Source: the human T2T-CHM13v2.0 reference genome, Homo sapiens | DNA: 64,000 bases | Reading direction: 5' to 3' (one strand) | NCBI RefSeq assembly: GCF_009914755.1 | Contig: NC_060937.1 | Part shown: piece after piece, positions 46,897 to 62,100 of the stretch | Position numbering within the stretch: position 1 is the stretch's first letter | Layout: every line of letters starts with the position of its first letter | The notes under the pieces: model-generated | Told to the model about the DNA's origin: nothing | What the model saw: the letters and a program-made list of their open reading frames with translations, nothing else | Database searches by the model: none | Program-made: the position numbers and the translations under genes

Positions 46897-47206
46897 TGTT
46901 CACTGGAGAAACACTTTTCATTTCTTTCAAGAACTTTTCCTTTTCATTCACAACTTGGCTAACTGACCCAAGAGGCTTAGTTTGTGACCTCTCTCAGCTT
47001 TCAACTTGCCCCTTCATTAAGTTAAATCATTTGCAGGTTTTGATTTAAAGTATGAGATGTGAATCTTCCTTTCACTTACACTTAGAGGCCATTATGGGGT
47101 TACTAACTGGCCTACTTTCAGTATGGTTGTGTCTCAGGAAATAGGCCTGAGGAGAGGGAAAGAAACCAGGAACAGCCTGTTGGTGGAACAGTCAGAGCAA
47201 ACACAA

Positions 47207-47503
47207 GGCCGGGCACAGTGGCTCACGCCTGTAATCCCAGCACTTTGGCAGGCGGAGGCAGGAGGATTTTGTGAGCCCTGAAGTTTGAGACCATCCCGGA
47301 CAACATAAGAAGACCCTGTCTCTACAAAATTATTAAAAATTAGCTGGCCATGGTGGCACGTGCCTGTAGTCCCAGCTACCCAGGAGGCTGAGGTGGGAGA
47401 ATTGCTTGGGCCCAGGAGGTCGATGCTTCAGTCAGCAGTGATCGTGCCACCACATTCCAGCCTTGGAGACAGGGTGAGATCCTCTCAAAAAAAAAAAAAA
47501 AAA
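47207..47503 (+). mobile_element. AluJ nested in Tigger1
   Basis: J diagnostics; TSD agagcaaacacaa/agaacacccacaa. Confidence 0.92.
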
Positions 47504-48454
47504 AGAACACCCACAAAATTTATAGATTAAATTTACTATCCTGTTTAGGCAAGGTTTGTGGCACCCCCAAACAATTACAAAAGTAGCATCAAAGATCAAT
47601 AACAAATCATCATAACAGATATGGTAATAATGACAAAGTTTGAAAAAAATGTGACACAGAGACATTAAGTGAGCACATATTGTTGAAACAGTGGCTCCAA
47701 TAGACTTGCTGGAAGTAGGCTTGCCACACACCATCAATTAGCAAAAAACAAAAATGCAACATCTGCAAAGTACAATGAAGTGAAGTACAATAAAACAAAG
47801 TATGCCACTACTAATGTAAATTCTTTTTCATAATTGAATATAAACCTATTTATTTGGGTATCAGTCCTTGGTTTGTTGTCTTATTGTGATCTTTATGATC
47901 TATCTCATCTATTTAACAGTTATGGTGAGATATGTACCTTCTGTGGAAATATTCTGCCTGCCATATCTTAAGCTGTATAATATTCCCGAGTATATTTCTA
48001 GCAAATTTAATTGTGTGGTGATGTTCAGGTGCCTCATTTTAAAAAGAGCTCTCTGCTGTTTGTACCCCACTTTCAGGGATACCTTTTATTTAATCAAGAG
48101 AAATCTTATTTTAATTAATAATATATTAATATAATAATATCAGTGTTGCACATAACTTACACACTGTATATAATTTATATTATTTCCATAGTTTTATTAT
48201 AGGGATGAAGCATATTCCCTCATATACTCAACTAATGAAGCTGGAACTGTAATTCTACAAAAAGTGTTCTTACATGCCATAAAAAACCATTTAAAATTAT
48301 TGATGGGAGAGAGACATTTACATTTCTAACAGTGAATCTAAAACAGTTTTAAATATGCACAAAAATAAATGTGAAATTGTTTTTAATGCTAAAACCAAGA
48401 TGCCTGAGGAAATTCACCTGCAGTACCTGGTGAGTTCTCCTCAACCTGGCCTCA

Positions 48455-50438
<1,984 letters not shown>

Positions 50439-53400
50439 AAACATTTGGCATCCAGGTATGACATCTCACAAAAGACCCAGCTTCATCAGAGATATTCAGA
50501 GAGCTGTTTTCTTACAGCCACTGAAATGCTTGAGAGGGCCCGGAGACAAACACGCATTGCATGTCCTAAGATTTATCTCAAAAATAGCTTTTACAGAATG
50601 CAATTAATAGGAGAGTGAGTGCCACTGATATTCAGGAAAGGTTAGTAAAAGACATGTTCTCTACACAAGAAGCAGAACTAATGCTAATACCAAGGATGGC
50701 ATTCTTCCCACTTTCCTTTATGTTAAAAACATTAGGTTAATGTAAATTTTCTAAATCTTTTTGATATCCAGTACTGGCTAATAAAATCAAATGAAAGCTT
50801 ATAATGTAGTGAATTTTGTTTACAAAAGACATTCCTTTGTCCCCCAACAGATATAAATGTTTTATGGGCTACTCGACTATATTTAAATTAAAAAGCCTAA
50901 TACATTCTTATATTTGCTGTAAAGTTAAGTAATGTAAGTTAAATTTTCATATAATATTCTACCTAAGAAACACCTAAAAAACCCTCTAAAGGTAAGAGAA
51001 GGTTAATACCTGCAAACACATTTAAAAGAACAAGGGAAAAACTAACATTGCTAACTATTTAAATGTTTAAGAGACATACACACATTATTTATATTGGAAA
51101 CATATTTCAAATGACGGTATGAGTATACTTTGTATATTTAGGGAGTACAGAATATCTCCCTAATAAAAAATAATTATAGTTGCTTTCTGGGGGCATATTA
51201 CCTAGTAAATGTTTGGAATATATGCCTTATATACTTTGCTATAATATTCTCACGCATTCTGTTCAAATTAGCAAACAGCCTATTCTAAAGACCATTTCTC
51301 TAAATTTGGCTAAAACATAAATTTACCATATTCAAAATATCACCAATCCCACATATTAAATGTGTTCTGTTATGTCTAATAGTGGGACAGAATATGTTTT
51401 TATTTGCATTCAACCAAAACAAAGTGTTGCTTTTATGAGAAGTTCATACTGCTGTGTAAATGTGTTTCTGTAATAAAGTGCAGAAAAAGTCATTCCAAAG
51501 AAATATAAAATTTAGAGGTTGAAGTAATACATGCCCAAATGCTATTTATTCATCTACTTCCAAAACCATTGAATAATGCGATTTCATTTTCATAAGTTTA
51601 GGAATGTCACATACTCAAAAGACAATTTTGATAAAACACTGATTTCTGTATTCCCTACTTAATTAATTCGGAGTGCCCGATTGTTTTCTAATGAAGTATC
51701 TTATTGCACAAGTATTAATTTAGTCACAGTAATTTCCCATATGAAAAAGGCATTTATTTAATGTGATATATTCATTTCATTCCAAAGGAAGAGATGCAAT
51801 GTCATATTAAAATTAATGTATCATTTCATATTATGTTTTCTTATCTTTAATAGAAATAGACACACTTCTGTTATTTAATATTAAAAATTAAATCTGAAAA
51901 AATTCACAAAAATAGTGCATTGTAGTAACATTGTCTTCATAACCTTTTTCTATTACATTACTACACAGTACATTAATTATTTTTGACCAACATAAACATT
52001 CAATATATTTTTATTTTCTGACAGGAGTAGAGCTAGCGTTCACTTTGAATTATTTTTCTTATGATTTCTAATATTACACATCTCTAAATGTAAGGTAACT
52101 TTAAAACATTTATATATATAATATTTGAATCCATACATGCACATACCCACACACGTATCTATACATGCTGTAGAGTATAACATAATTTTTTCTGAAAATT
52201 TTATATTGACATCTAAGATTACTTTTTGTAATATTACTATCTGTAATAAATATATTAGTAATTTATATCCATAAACAATTATATTTAACTACATTTGCAT
52301 CTGGCCAAAAACATGCACCCCAACTTAATTTTTCTGAGAAACACAAGTACATTAATTTAATCAGGCATCTTCTTCCAATAAAAGGAAAATTGAAGAGGTG
52401 AATAAAACAATTATGCATATTGAATGAGTGTATTTTTCAATTGATTTGCCATCCGAGAGTAATTAAAAGAGTTGCTAGCATGTAGCAAACACTACATAAA
52501 TAATAAAAATCCTTTTTCATGTATTTTTAACTAGAAGAATGGAAATTATGTTCCAAATTTGGCTGAGCTGTTGTGGGAAGGACAAAGAAAGGCTTATGAC
52601 ATCTATATGTACATTTTCTCATGTAGGGAAAAATCTGTCAATGTTTTAGGCTTAAAGACATATTTCCATGACTTGATTCTGGTTCGTGTTTCATGTTTTT
52701 TTTTTCTGTAATATTGTTGTTAACTCGAGCAAATCAGTCACAGGGGATTAAAGTCCACAGAAACTTGCTTGTCAGTGTTTACTGTCTCTTTCACAACTGC
52801 CAACATACAGGTGTCTCTTCTGCTATCTAAGAAACCCTTCCAGTACTTCTCAAGCTCTGTCTCCTGAGACACACTTGAAATGCTACATCTTCCATAAAAC
52901 TTCACTATTGCTACTTCCTATATAAGTTCTCCTCTTTTTCACCTTTTAGGATATTCATATATTTAACTAAACTCTCTTTTTTGTTTTCTGTAGACTGGCT
53001 CTTCTAGGTAACAGTTGCCATTCACTTTTTAAAAAAGCAAAAGCGTTTAAGTCAAATCCTACCTCACTATCAATGCTCATCCACTCACCAGAAATGCACC
53101 TTTACTTAAATATTCATATTTGTAGATATTATAGTCACTTCATTATTTTGTTTGTATATATATTTGATCATTTAACTCTTTTACGGTATAGTATGTTGTC
53201 TCTTGCTTATAAAAAAGTTGTAGTCTTATTAAATAATTTCACCTGAGTGTTCATCACATAAAAGGAAAAAATTGAGAACTGAGATAGAATTTCTTGTTGT
53301 TATATGAATTTATTTGCATTATATTCTCAAATTTTACTTCTTGTTTTACTTCAGACCGATCTTTTTATACCTTACTGCAAAAATTAGTCTTGTATCACAA

Positions 53401-54899
53401 ACCCACCCTTTTCTTCATCTTCCTTACCTCTTCTTTCAAGGTATAAAATGTTTGCATTGTATTCTGAAGTAAAATTTTGTTTTAAATTTTAAAAAGTTGC
53501 TTTAAAATTAGAAACTATTTAAAGAACTTTCATTTACTGTAACTATGCAACTAATATTAATTCCAGAAAATTAATTCGCTGCTAGAATTTTATTTTAATT
53601 TCTAATTGTCAATTCCATATAGCAAAAGGCTTAAAGAATCAGGATTGAACCAATTGCATCTTTGGCTGGAAATGTTCTGTATTTTATTTTACTTCACCTT
53701 GAGACCCCACTTTTATATTTGTTATAAAGATTCTCTAGTTGTCTTTTTTGTTCTAATATACTATGCCTTCCTATATCCTCAGGACAAAAGTAAAGCACAG
53801 TCTTCCTGAGAACATTCAGTTTCTTTCCCCCCACTCACTCTAAGCCTCTGTCTCCTTTCTCCAGTCCAGACCAGTAGAATTAAACATACTTCCTAGTAGT
53901 CATCTAGGCACTTCCCATCACTGCATTTGAAAAAGTAAATGCAGTGTTTCTATAATCTTATATCCTCCCCAATTTTGGTGGTTATGTCAGTTATGTTGAG
54001 GTAAAAGGAGTGGTATATATAAACTGTCTGAGCCCATTAATATAAGAAAAAATGTCTTTATTTTTCCCTTTAATGCATTGATTACTTAACTGAATACAGA
54101 GCTCCAGCTCCCAAATCATTTTCACTAAGCACTATGGACACTTTTCTCATGATTTCTGGAAACCATATTTTCCGTTGAAAGGTTTTATGCCAAGCCTTGG
54201 TCACATTTCTTTTCACATTTCTTTTCAAGTCAGTTTCTTTACAACTTCCAATTTTTGAATTTTCCCCTGGCTGTAACTTCATATGGGTGTTCTTACACTA
54301 ATCATGCTTATCCTTAGAGACTGCTGCACATTTGAAGAAAATCGTGCCTTCTCTGGGTAGAAAATTCGCTTTTATATTTATTTTTTAGTTATCCTCTCCT
54401 TAATTTTTTTTCTGATCTCTCTTTCTGGAACTCACATTTGTCTACTGGCTGATGGATTTAACTTCGTTATCTCTGACGTCTTCTATCGCATTTTTAGTCT
54501 CTGTCTTCTAACTGTAAGGATGTGGAAATTTCACTAACTACAATTTTTCAGCCAAAATTATTTCTGGGGTTTTATGAATAGGCTATTAAATCCACTGAAT
54601 CCTTTCCCATATGCATCTGTGCTCTGGATTTCATCCACAAATACACTCCAAAATCCTGTGTGCACCTAACATCTGAGAAAGTTTCATCTTTGAGTAGGAA
54701 ATTCTCCTTGTGCTTTTGTATGTGTTTGGTGGATAAATCTCATTTGTGGACTTATCTTCACTGGCTTATCTTTTATATATGTGTTGGTTTCTGTTTAGTT
54801 CGGCTTTCTCCTCACTTTATATTCTTCTTCATGTTGACTTACATAGTCTCATGTTACTAATAAATGTTTAAATGTTGATGCCAGTTAAACTCTCTCTTT

Positions 54900-57816
54900 C
54901 TCTTTTTTTTTACTTTTAAGTTCACAGATACGTGTGCAGGTTTGTTATATAGGTTAACTTGTGTCATGGAGGTTAGTTGTACAGATTTCATCACCAGTGT
55001 ATGAAACCTAGTGCCCATTAGTTACTTTTCCTGGTCTCCCTCCTCCCACCCTTCACATTCTGGTAGGCCCCAGTGTCTGTTGTTCCCCTCTACGTGTGCA
55101 TGCGTTCTCATCATTTAGCTCTCACTTGTAAGTTAGAACATGCGGCATTTGGTTTTCTGTTCCTGCCTTAGTTTGCTAAGGATGATGGCCTCCAGCTCCA
55201 TCCATGTTCCTGCAAAAAACATAGTCTCATTCTCTTTTATGGTTACATAATATTTCATGGTGTACAGTACTACATTTTCTTTATCCAGTCTACCATTGGT
55301 GGGCATTTAGATTGATTCCATGTATTTGATATTGTGAACAGTATGGCAATGAACATACACACGCATGTGTCTTTATATTAAAACATTTAATATTTCTTTG
55401 GGTGTATACCCAGTAGTAGGATTGCTGGGTCAAATGATAGTTCTGTTTTTAGGTCTTTGAGGAATCACCGCACTGCTTTCCACAATGTTTGAACTAATTT
55501 ACACTCCCACCAACATTGTATAGGTATTCCTTTTTTTGTCTCTGCAACCTCGCCAGCACCTGTTACTTTGTGACTTTTTAATAATAGCCATTCAAACTAG
55601 TGTGAGATGATATCTCATTGCGGTTTTGATTTGCATTTCTCTAATGATCAGTGAAACTGAGCTTTTTTCATATGCTTGTCTGCTGCATGTATGTCTTCTT
55701 TTGTGAAGTGTCTATTCATGTCCCTTGCCAACTTGTTAATGGTTTTTTTTTTTTTTTTGTAAATTTAAGTTCCTTATAGATGCTGGATATTAGACCTTTA
55801 TCAGATGCATAGTTTGCAAACATTTTCTTCCATTCCATAGGTTGTTTGTTTATTCCATTGATAGTTTGTTTTGCTGTGCAGGAGCTCTTTAGTTTAATTA
55901 TACCCCATTTGTCAATTTTTGCTTTTGTTGCAATTGCTTTTGTCTTCTTTCTCATGAAATCTTTGCCCATTCCTATCAAAAACAATATTGCCTAGGCTGT
56001 CTTCCAGGGCTTTCATAGTTTTGAGTTTTACATTTAAGTTTTTAATCCATCTTGAAATGATTCTTGTATATGGTAAAAGGAAAGGATTCAGTTTCAACCT
56101 TCTGCATATGGCTAACCAGTTATCTCAGCACCATTTATTAAATAGGGAGTCCTTTCCTCATCATTTGCTTTTGTCATTTTTTTTTGAAGATCTGATGGTT
56201 GTAGGTATATGGCCTTATTTCTGGGTTCTCTATTTTGTTCCCTTGATCTATGTGTCTGTTTTTGTACCAGTACCATGTTGTTTTGGTTACTGTAGTCTTG
56301 TAGTATAGTTTAAGACCAGGTAGCATGAGGCCTCCAGCTTTGTTCTTTTTGCTTAGGATTGTCTTGGCTATTTGGCATTTTTTTTGGTTCCATATGATTT
56401 AATTATTTTTCTAGTTCTGAGGAAATGTCAGTGGTATTTTAATAGTAATAACATTGAATCTATAAATTGCTTTTGGCAATATGGCCACTTTAATCATATT
56501 GATTTGTTCTATCTATGAGCATGGAATGTTTTTTCATTTGTTTGTATCCCCTCTGATTTCTTTCAGCAGTGGTTTGTGGTTCTCATTGTAGAGACCTTTC
56601 ACCTCCTTGGTTAGCTGTATTGCTGGGTATTTTATGCTTTTTGCGGCAATTGTGAATGGGATTGCATTCCTAATTTGGCTCTCAGCTTGATAGTTGTTGT
56701 ATAGGAAAGTGAGTGATTTTTGTATGTCAGTTTCGTATCCTGAGACTTTGCTCAAGTTGCTTATCAGCTTAAGGAGCTTTTGGACTGAGATTGTGAAGTA
56801 TTCTAGATATAGAATCATGTCATCTGCTAACAGAATTAGTTTTACTTCCTCTCTTCTTATTTGAGTACCTTTATTTCCTTCTCTTGCCTGATTGCTCTGG
56901 CCAGGACTTTCAGTGAATAGGAGAGGTAAGAGAGAGTATCTTTGTCTTATGCTGGTTTTTAAGGGAAATAACTCTACCTTTTGCCCATACAGTATGATGT
57001 TGCTGTGGGTTTGTCATAGATGGCTCTTATTATTTTGTGGTATGCTCCTTCAATACCTATTTTATTGAGAGTTTTTACCATGTAGGAATATTGAATTTTA
57101 CCAAAAGCTTTTTCTGCATCTATTGAAATAATCATGTTTTTTTCCCTTCAATTCTGTTTATGTAATGAAATTCATTTATTGATTTGTGTACACTGAGCCA
57201 AATTTGGATCTCAGGGAAAAAGGCTATTTGATTGTGGTGGATGAGCTTATTAATGTTCTGCTGAATTTGGTTTACCAGTATTTTGTTGGGAATTTTTGCA
57301 TTGATTTCTATCAAGTATATTGGCCTGAAGTTTTCTTTTGGCTGAGTCTCTGCCAGGTTTTTGTATCAGGATGATGCTGGCCTCATAGAATGAGTTAGGG
57401 AAGAGTCCCTCCTACTTAATATTTTGGAGTAGCTTCAGTAGAAATGGTACCAACTCTTCTTAGTACATCCGGTAGAATTCAGCTGTGAATCCATCTGTTC
57501 CTGGGCTTTTTTTTTTTTTGGTTGGTAGGTCATTTATTACTAATTCAATTTTGGAGCTTGTTTCTGGTTCAGTCTTGGGAGGATGTATGTGTACAGGAAT
57601 TTATACATTTCTTCTAGGTTTTCTAGTTGAAGTGTATATATGTGTTTATAATATTATCTGATGGTCATTTGTATTTCTGTCAGGTCAATGGTAACATCCC
57701 CTTTGTCATTTCTAATAGTGTTTATTTAAATATTTTCTCCTTTATTCTTTATTAGTCTAGTTGGTGGTCTATTTTATTATTGCAAAAAGCTACTTCTGTA
57801 TTTGTTGATCTTTTGA
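54900..57816 (-). mobile_element. 5'-truncated L1PA13-like element
   Basis: PA13-type 3'UTR and decayed ORF2 fragments (55716-57314). Confidence 0.88.
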
Positions 57817-58586
57817 TAAGGCTCAGAATTGCCTGCCACCACTGCCTGGCTTCTCCCTGCTGTCAGCACTGGCCCTGATCTTGGACTAAAGTTGAGCCTA
57901 GCCCAGGAGCTATAAACAGTGGGAGGCAGAGACCCAAGTGGAAGGGGGTGGGTAAGGTCCCCCCTTCAAGCCAGGGAGGGCCTGAAGGCTGGGGGCTAGG
58001 CTGACAGTTCCACCAACCAGAGTTGGAACTGCTGCCTTTTCCAGGCCACCCATGGGCCAATCAGCATGTACTTTCTCTCCTCTGAGGCCCATAAAAAGCC
58101 TGGAGATTTTTATGCTCAGCCAGAGTGGAGCAGATAATGAGACAACCAGCATCAGAGAGGAGCTACCCTTTCTGCTAAGAGCTTCAGAGACTGGCAGAGA
58201 TCTGCAGAGACCACCAAGACCTTTAGAGTCCTGCAGAGATGGCCGAATGTCCTCTGCAGAGAGGAGCTAACCACTCCAGGGCCTCCTCTCTGCTGAGAGC
58301 AGTAGACCTTGAGATGACCAGCGAGCATAAAGGAGTTACCCTCTCCAGGGACTCCTCTCCTGAGAGCTGAACACTCAATGGACAAATTGCCTGCCCACAG
58401 AGGAGAGCTACCCACTGTGGGTCTCCTTCTGAGCTGTTCTGACACTAAAATAGAGCTCCTCTTCATGTTCTTTACCCTTCACTGATCTGCGTACCTCATT
58501 CTTCCTGGATGCAGGACAAGAACTCAGCACCACCTGAAACAGACGTTTCGGGGAAAGAAAACTGATACCCCAAAGATCCCATAACA
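57817..58586 (+). mobile_element. MER52-family ERV1 5' LTR, apparently lacking the U3 5' part
   Basis: ccaatcagca...cccataaaaagcc CCAAT/TATA block, repeated gagaggagctaccc units, ends ...ATAACA before the PBS. Confidence 0.75.
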
Positions 58587-58589
58587 TTT

Positions 58590-58607
58590 TGGGGGCTCAT
58601 TCAGGAT
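58590..58607 (+). promoter_or_regulatory. Primer binding site, tRNA-Pro
   Basis: TGGGGGCTCATTCAGGAT vs TGGGGGCTCGTCCGGGAT (15/18), directly after the LTR. Confidence 0.8.
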
Positions 58608-59011
58608 CTGCGGAAGGGTGAATGAAAGTGAATCTGCTCTCTGTCCTTTTTTTTCAGAGTCTCTAAACTCCATAATAGTCAAGATGAAGGAAAAATACTG
58701 GGCCTTTGTCAACCAGTTAAAAGTGACTAGTGTGGTTGCCAGACTTAAGACACAGAGGATAGGCTTGCTGGAGAGGGCAATGTCAATCATTCATCACATT
58801 CAAGCACTGGGAATGTTGGCTTTGTTCCAACCCAGTTTCCCTTCACAGAGGTCTAGCAATTGCATGAGACTGAAAGGAGGTCCTGGGGCAACTGAGGGTA
58901 TCTGGCCCAGCCTACACATTGGTGTTATTGAAAGGCTAATACCCTGGATTAACTCCAGTCCCTGACCACCCATTAGAGTGTTATCACTAGAACCTCCAGT
59001 AGAACCTCCAG

Positions 59012-59150
59012 TCTTTCTCTCTTTCCTTCCTTCCTTCCTCTCCTTCTTTTCTTTTATTTCCTTTTATTTTCTTTCTTTCTTTCTTTCTCCCTTCCTTTCT
59101 TTCTTTCATTCTTTCTTTTGTTATTTCTTTCTTTCTTCTCTTCTTTTGCA
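59012..59150. repeat. (TTTC/TTCC)n pyrimidine tract in the ERV leader
   Basis: Low-complexity run. Confidence 0.9.
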
Positions 59151-62100
59151 ACTCTCATGGTTCTTATTTCTTTATATACAATGTTAAATGTTAAAGATGT
59201 TGTTGCAAACCACAGACATTACTAGGTATAATGAGCATTTGACTTAATTATCAGGAGTAGGAGTGTAAATGAGAACGGTATGGTGTCTATTCTTACAAGC
59301 AAGGAGGATACAACAGTTGAGCGTTTTCTTTCCCCCTGTTGAAAGAACCCACATGCAAAGGGCAAGAGGTATTTTCCTCAGGCACTTTCCCCTCCCTTGC
59401 ACTTAAGTTGTTGTTTTGGGAGGCATCATGTTAAGCCAGGTTCCCAATTTCCAGGACTCTCTTTCTCTCACTTGGTTGAGAAGAACCTGGTCTCACAGCT
59501 TCACTTGCTTATGATAGGAAAGCAACGGAGAGGCTGTCCTGTCAGTTGCTGGATGCAATCTTCCAACAGCCACCTGGGACTAATAGAATGGGTCTATGCA
59601 CTCTCCTGAGGCACCTTTTTTTCTGAAGCTTTGGTTTGAGGCCTCAGGGAAAAAAAAAAAAAAACTAAAAAACTAAATCTGAGGGGTCCAGAGGCAAGAC
59701 AGTGGAGGTCTAGGGGCACAGCGCAGGTGAGCATGACTAACTCCTGCTGATTTGGCCCTCCCACTTCATGGATGGAGGTCATGCTCACATCCATGGCATA
59801 GATAAGGTCTAGGGAACTCAAAGATTACTGACAGTGAAAAGCCTGGGATCTTCTCAGGTGAGTGTGAATATTCCTGCAAGCTATTCCTCCTGCTTCATAA
59901 ATGACAGTTGCATCTGCACCCATGGTTGGCACTTGCACAGGTCACCAGGACTCAGGGATATGAGGTCAGAAGAAGAGAGATACGTTTTCTTCTTCCATCA
60001 CATATCCTGGGTATTCACTGGAAAGTGAGAGGAAGAAAGGGACACCTTTTCTTCTCTCCGTCACATACTCTGGGTATTTGCTGGGAAGAGAGAGGAATAA
60101 AGGGACACCTCTTTCCCCTTTTTTCAGATGGGTATCCAACCATTTTCAGCCTGCACTTCTCTTAAGTGCATCCTAAATCACTGGGACCCCTTTGACCCTC
60201 AGATACTAGAGAGAGAGGGAAAAAGGCTCCTTTCTTTCCTCTGTCCTCTCTTCCAGATGGATCACCAACGATCTTAAGCCTACACTCCTCTGAAGTGCAT
60301 CCTAAATCACTGGGACTACTTTGGCTCTCAGAATCTGGAGAAAAAGTGCCTCACATTCCTTTGCACAAAGGTGTGGCTGAATTATGTTCTACAGGGAGGA
60401 GAAGCTTGGCCTCAGGAAGGAAGAATTAATTTCAATGCCATCCTGCAGCTGGATCTTTTCTGTAAACATGAGGGCAAATGTGCAAGCTTTCCTTGCCTAG
60501 TGGGGTAACCCACACCTTTGCTGATATTGTAGGATTGATTCAGCTCTCTTAGCAGCCATCTTAGGAGAGGCTGCAAGGGGCAGTCCCAGGGAACTTGGGA
60601 AGCAAACCTCATAGGTACCTCCAGTGGGGGAATCAACTCCCTCTGCTCCTCCCTGTCCAGGCTCTCCTCCAAGCTTGTCCCATCCTAGAAATCCTCATTT
60701 TAGTCAGGTCCCAGTCTCATTCCTTCCCCATTAAAGTTCCATTAAGGGTGAATATGGCCACATTAAAGTCCATGTCCCCTTTTCTCTACAGGACTTAAAG
60801 CAAATTGAGGGAGAACTTGGCAAGTTTTCAGATAACCCTGACAGGTATATAGAGCTTTCCAGAACTTAACCCAAATATTTTAACTCTTCTGGCAAGATGT
60901 CATATTACTTTTAAATCAACCCTGACTACTGCTGAAAAGCAAGGCATCCTGAAAGTGGCAGATAATTTTTGGGGATGAGCTTTGTATCTCATATAGGGCC
61001 AGGGAAGGGGATGACACCTTCCCAATTGGAAGAATAGCAGTACCATGGGAGAATCCTAAATGGGACCCCAATGATGAAATGGCAGAATGGAGGAGGAAAC
61101 ACTTTCAGGTGTGCATGCTGGAGGTCTTATGAAAAACTAGGACTTAAGCCTCTCTATTACTCCAAGCTATCCATGATAGAGTAGGATTATGAGAACCCCA
61201 TTGCTTTCCTGGAAAGGCTAAGAGGGACCTTGATAAAACATACCTTTCTATTTCCTGATTCAGTCAAGGGACAACTAATCCAAAAGGATACGTTTATCAC
61301 ACAGGCAGCCCCTGACATCAAGAGGAAGCTACAGAAATAGGATATAGGACCGGATAGTACTTTACAGAACTTCCTGAAAGTGGCCACCTTGGTCTTTTAC
61401 AATAGGGACCAGGAAGAAGTCCAAAAAACGGAAAGAACGTAAAGAAAAAAGGCAGAGGCCCTAATAGCTGCCTTTCAGGCTCACAGAACCACACAGTTCT
61501 CAAGATGCAACTGCTAACTACTACAAATGTGGCAAGCCAGGGCACATTAGGAAGGACTGTCCAGATAGCAGGAGAAAACCACCTCAACCCTGTCCAATTT
61601 GCAGTGGGGACCCATGGAGGGCAAATTGTCCACAGAGACACCGGTCACTGGGTCCAGAACTAGTCTCCAAATTGTCCAGCAGGACTGATGGGTGCCAGAG
61701 CTCCTCCTCGCAGCTCCAGTGGTCCAGACTGCCATTACCATTCAGGAGCCCTGAGTGATTCTGGAAGTTCAAGGGAGGAAGGTAGACTTCCTCCTGGATG
61801 CAAGAGCAGGCTTTTCAGTTCTCCTTTCCAATACAGAACCCCCTCCTCTCTTAGCATGACTGTGAGGGGCATCTCAGGAAAACATTTACCCTGATATTTT
61901 CCCCAAATCCTTAGTTTTCCCAAACCCTTAGTTGTATTTGGGGAGACCTCTTGTTTAATCCTGACTTTTTAAACATGCCTGAAAGCCCTACTCTTCGGCT
62001 AGGCAGGAATATCTTGGCTCATATGGGAACCATCATCTTTATGGCTACAGGACAGATTCTTTGTCTCCCCTTCATGGAGACCGATATTAACCCAGAAGTC

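Larger units (their letters stand above)
45341..47808 (-). mobile_element. Tigger1 with both ends, internal deletion and three nested insertions
   Basis: TA-flanked TIRs CAGGTATAACTTG / AAAGTATGCCAC; transposase remnant VVFMPANIISILQPIDKGVI (45544-45771, minus). Confidence 0.88.

Noticed and set aside
52025-53440. Candidate + strand exons (52025-52094, 53355-53440)
   Set aside because: Acceptor/donor-like motifs are common in AT-rich DNA and there is no coding signal; unsupported without transcript data
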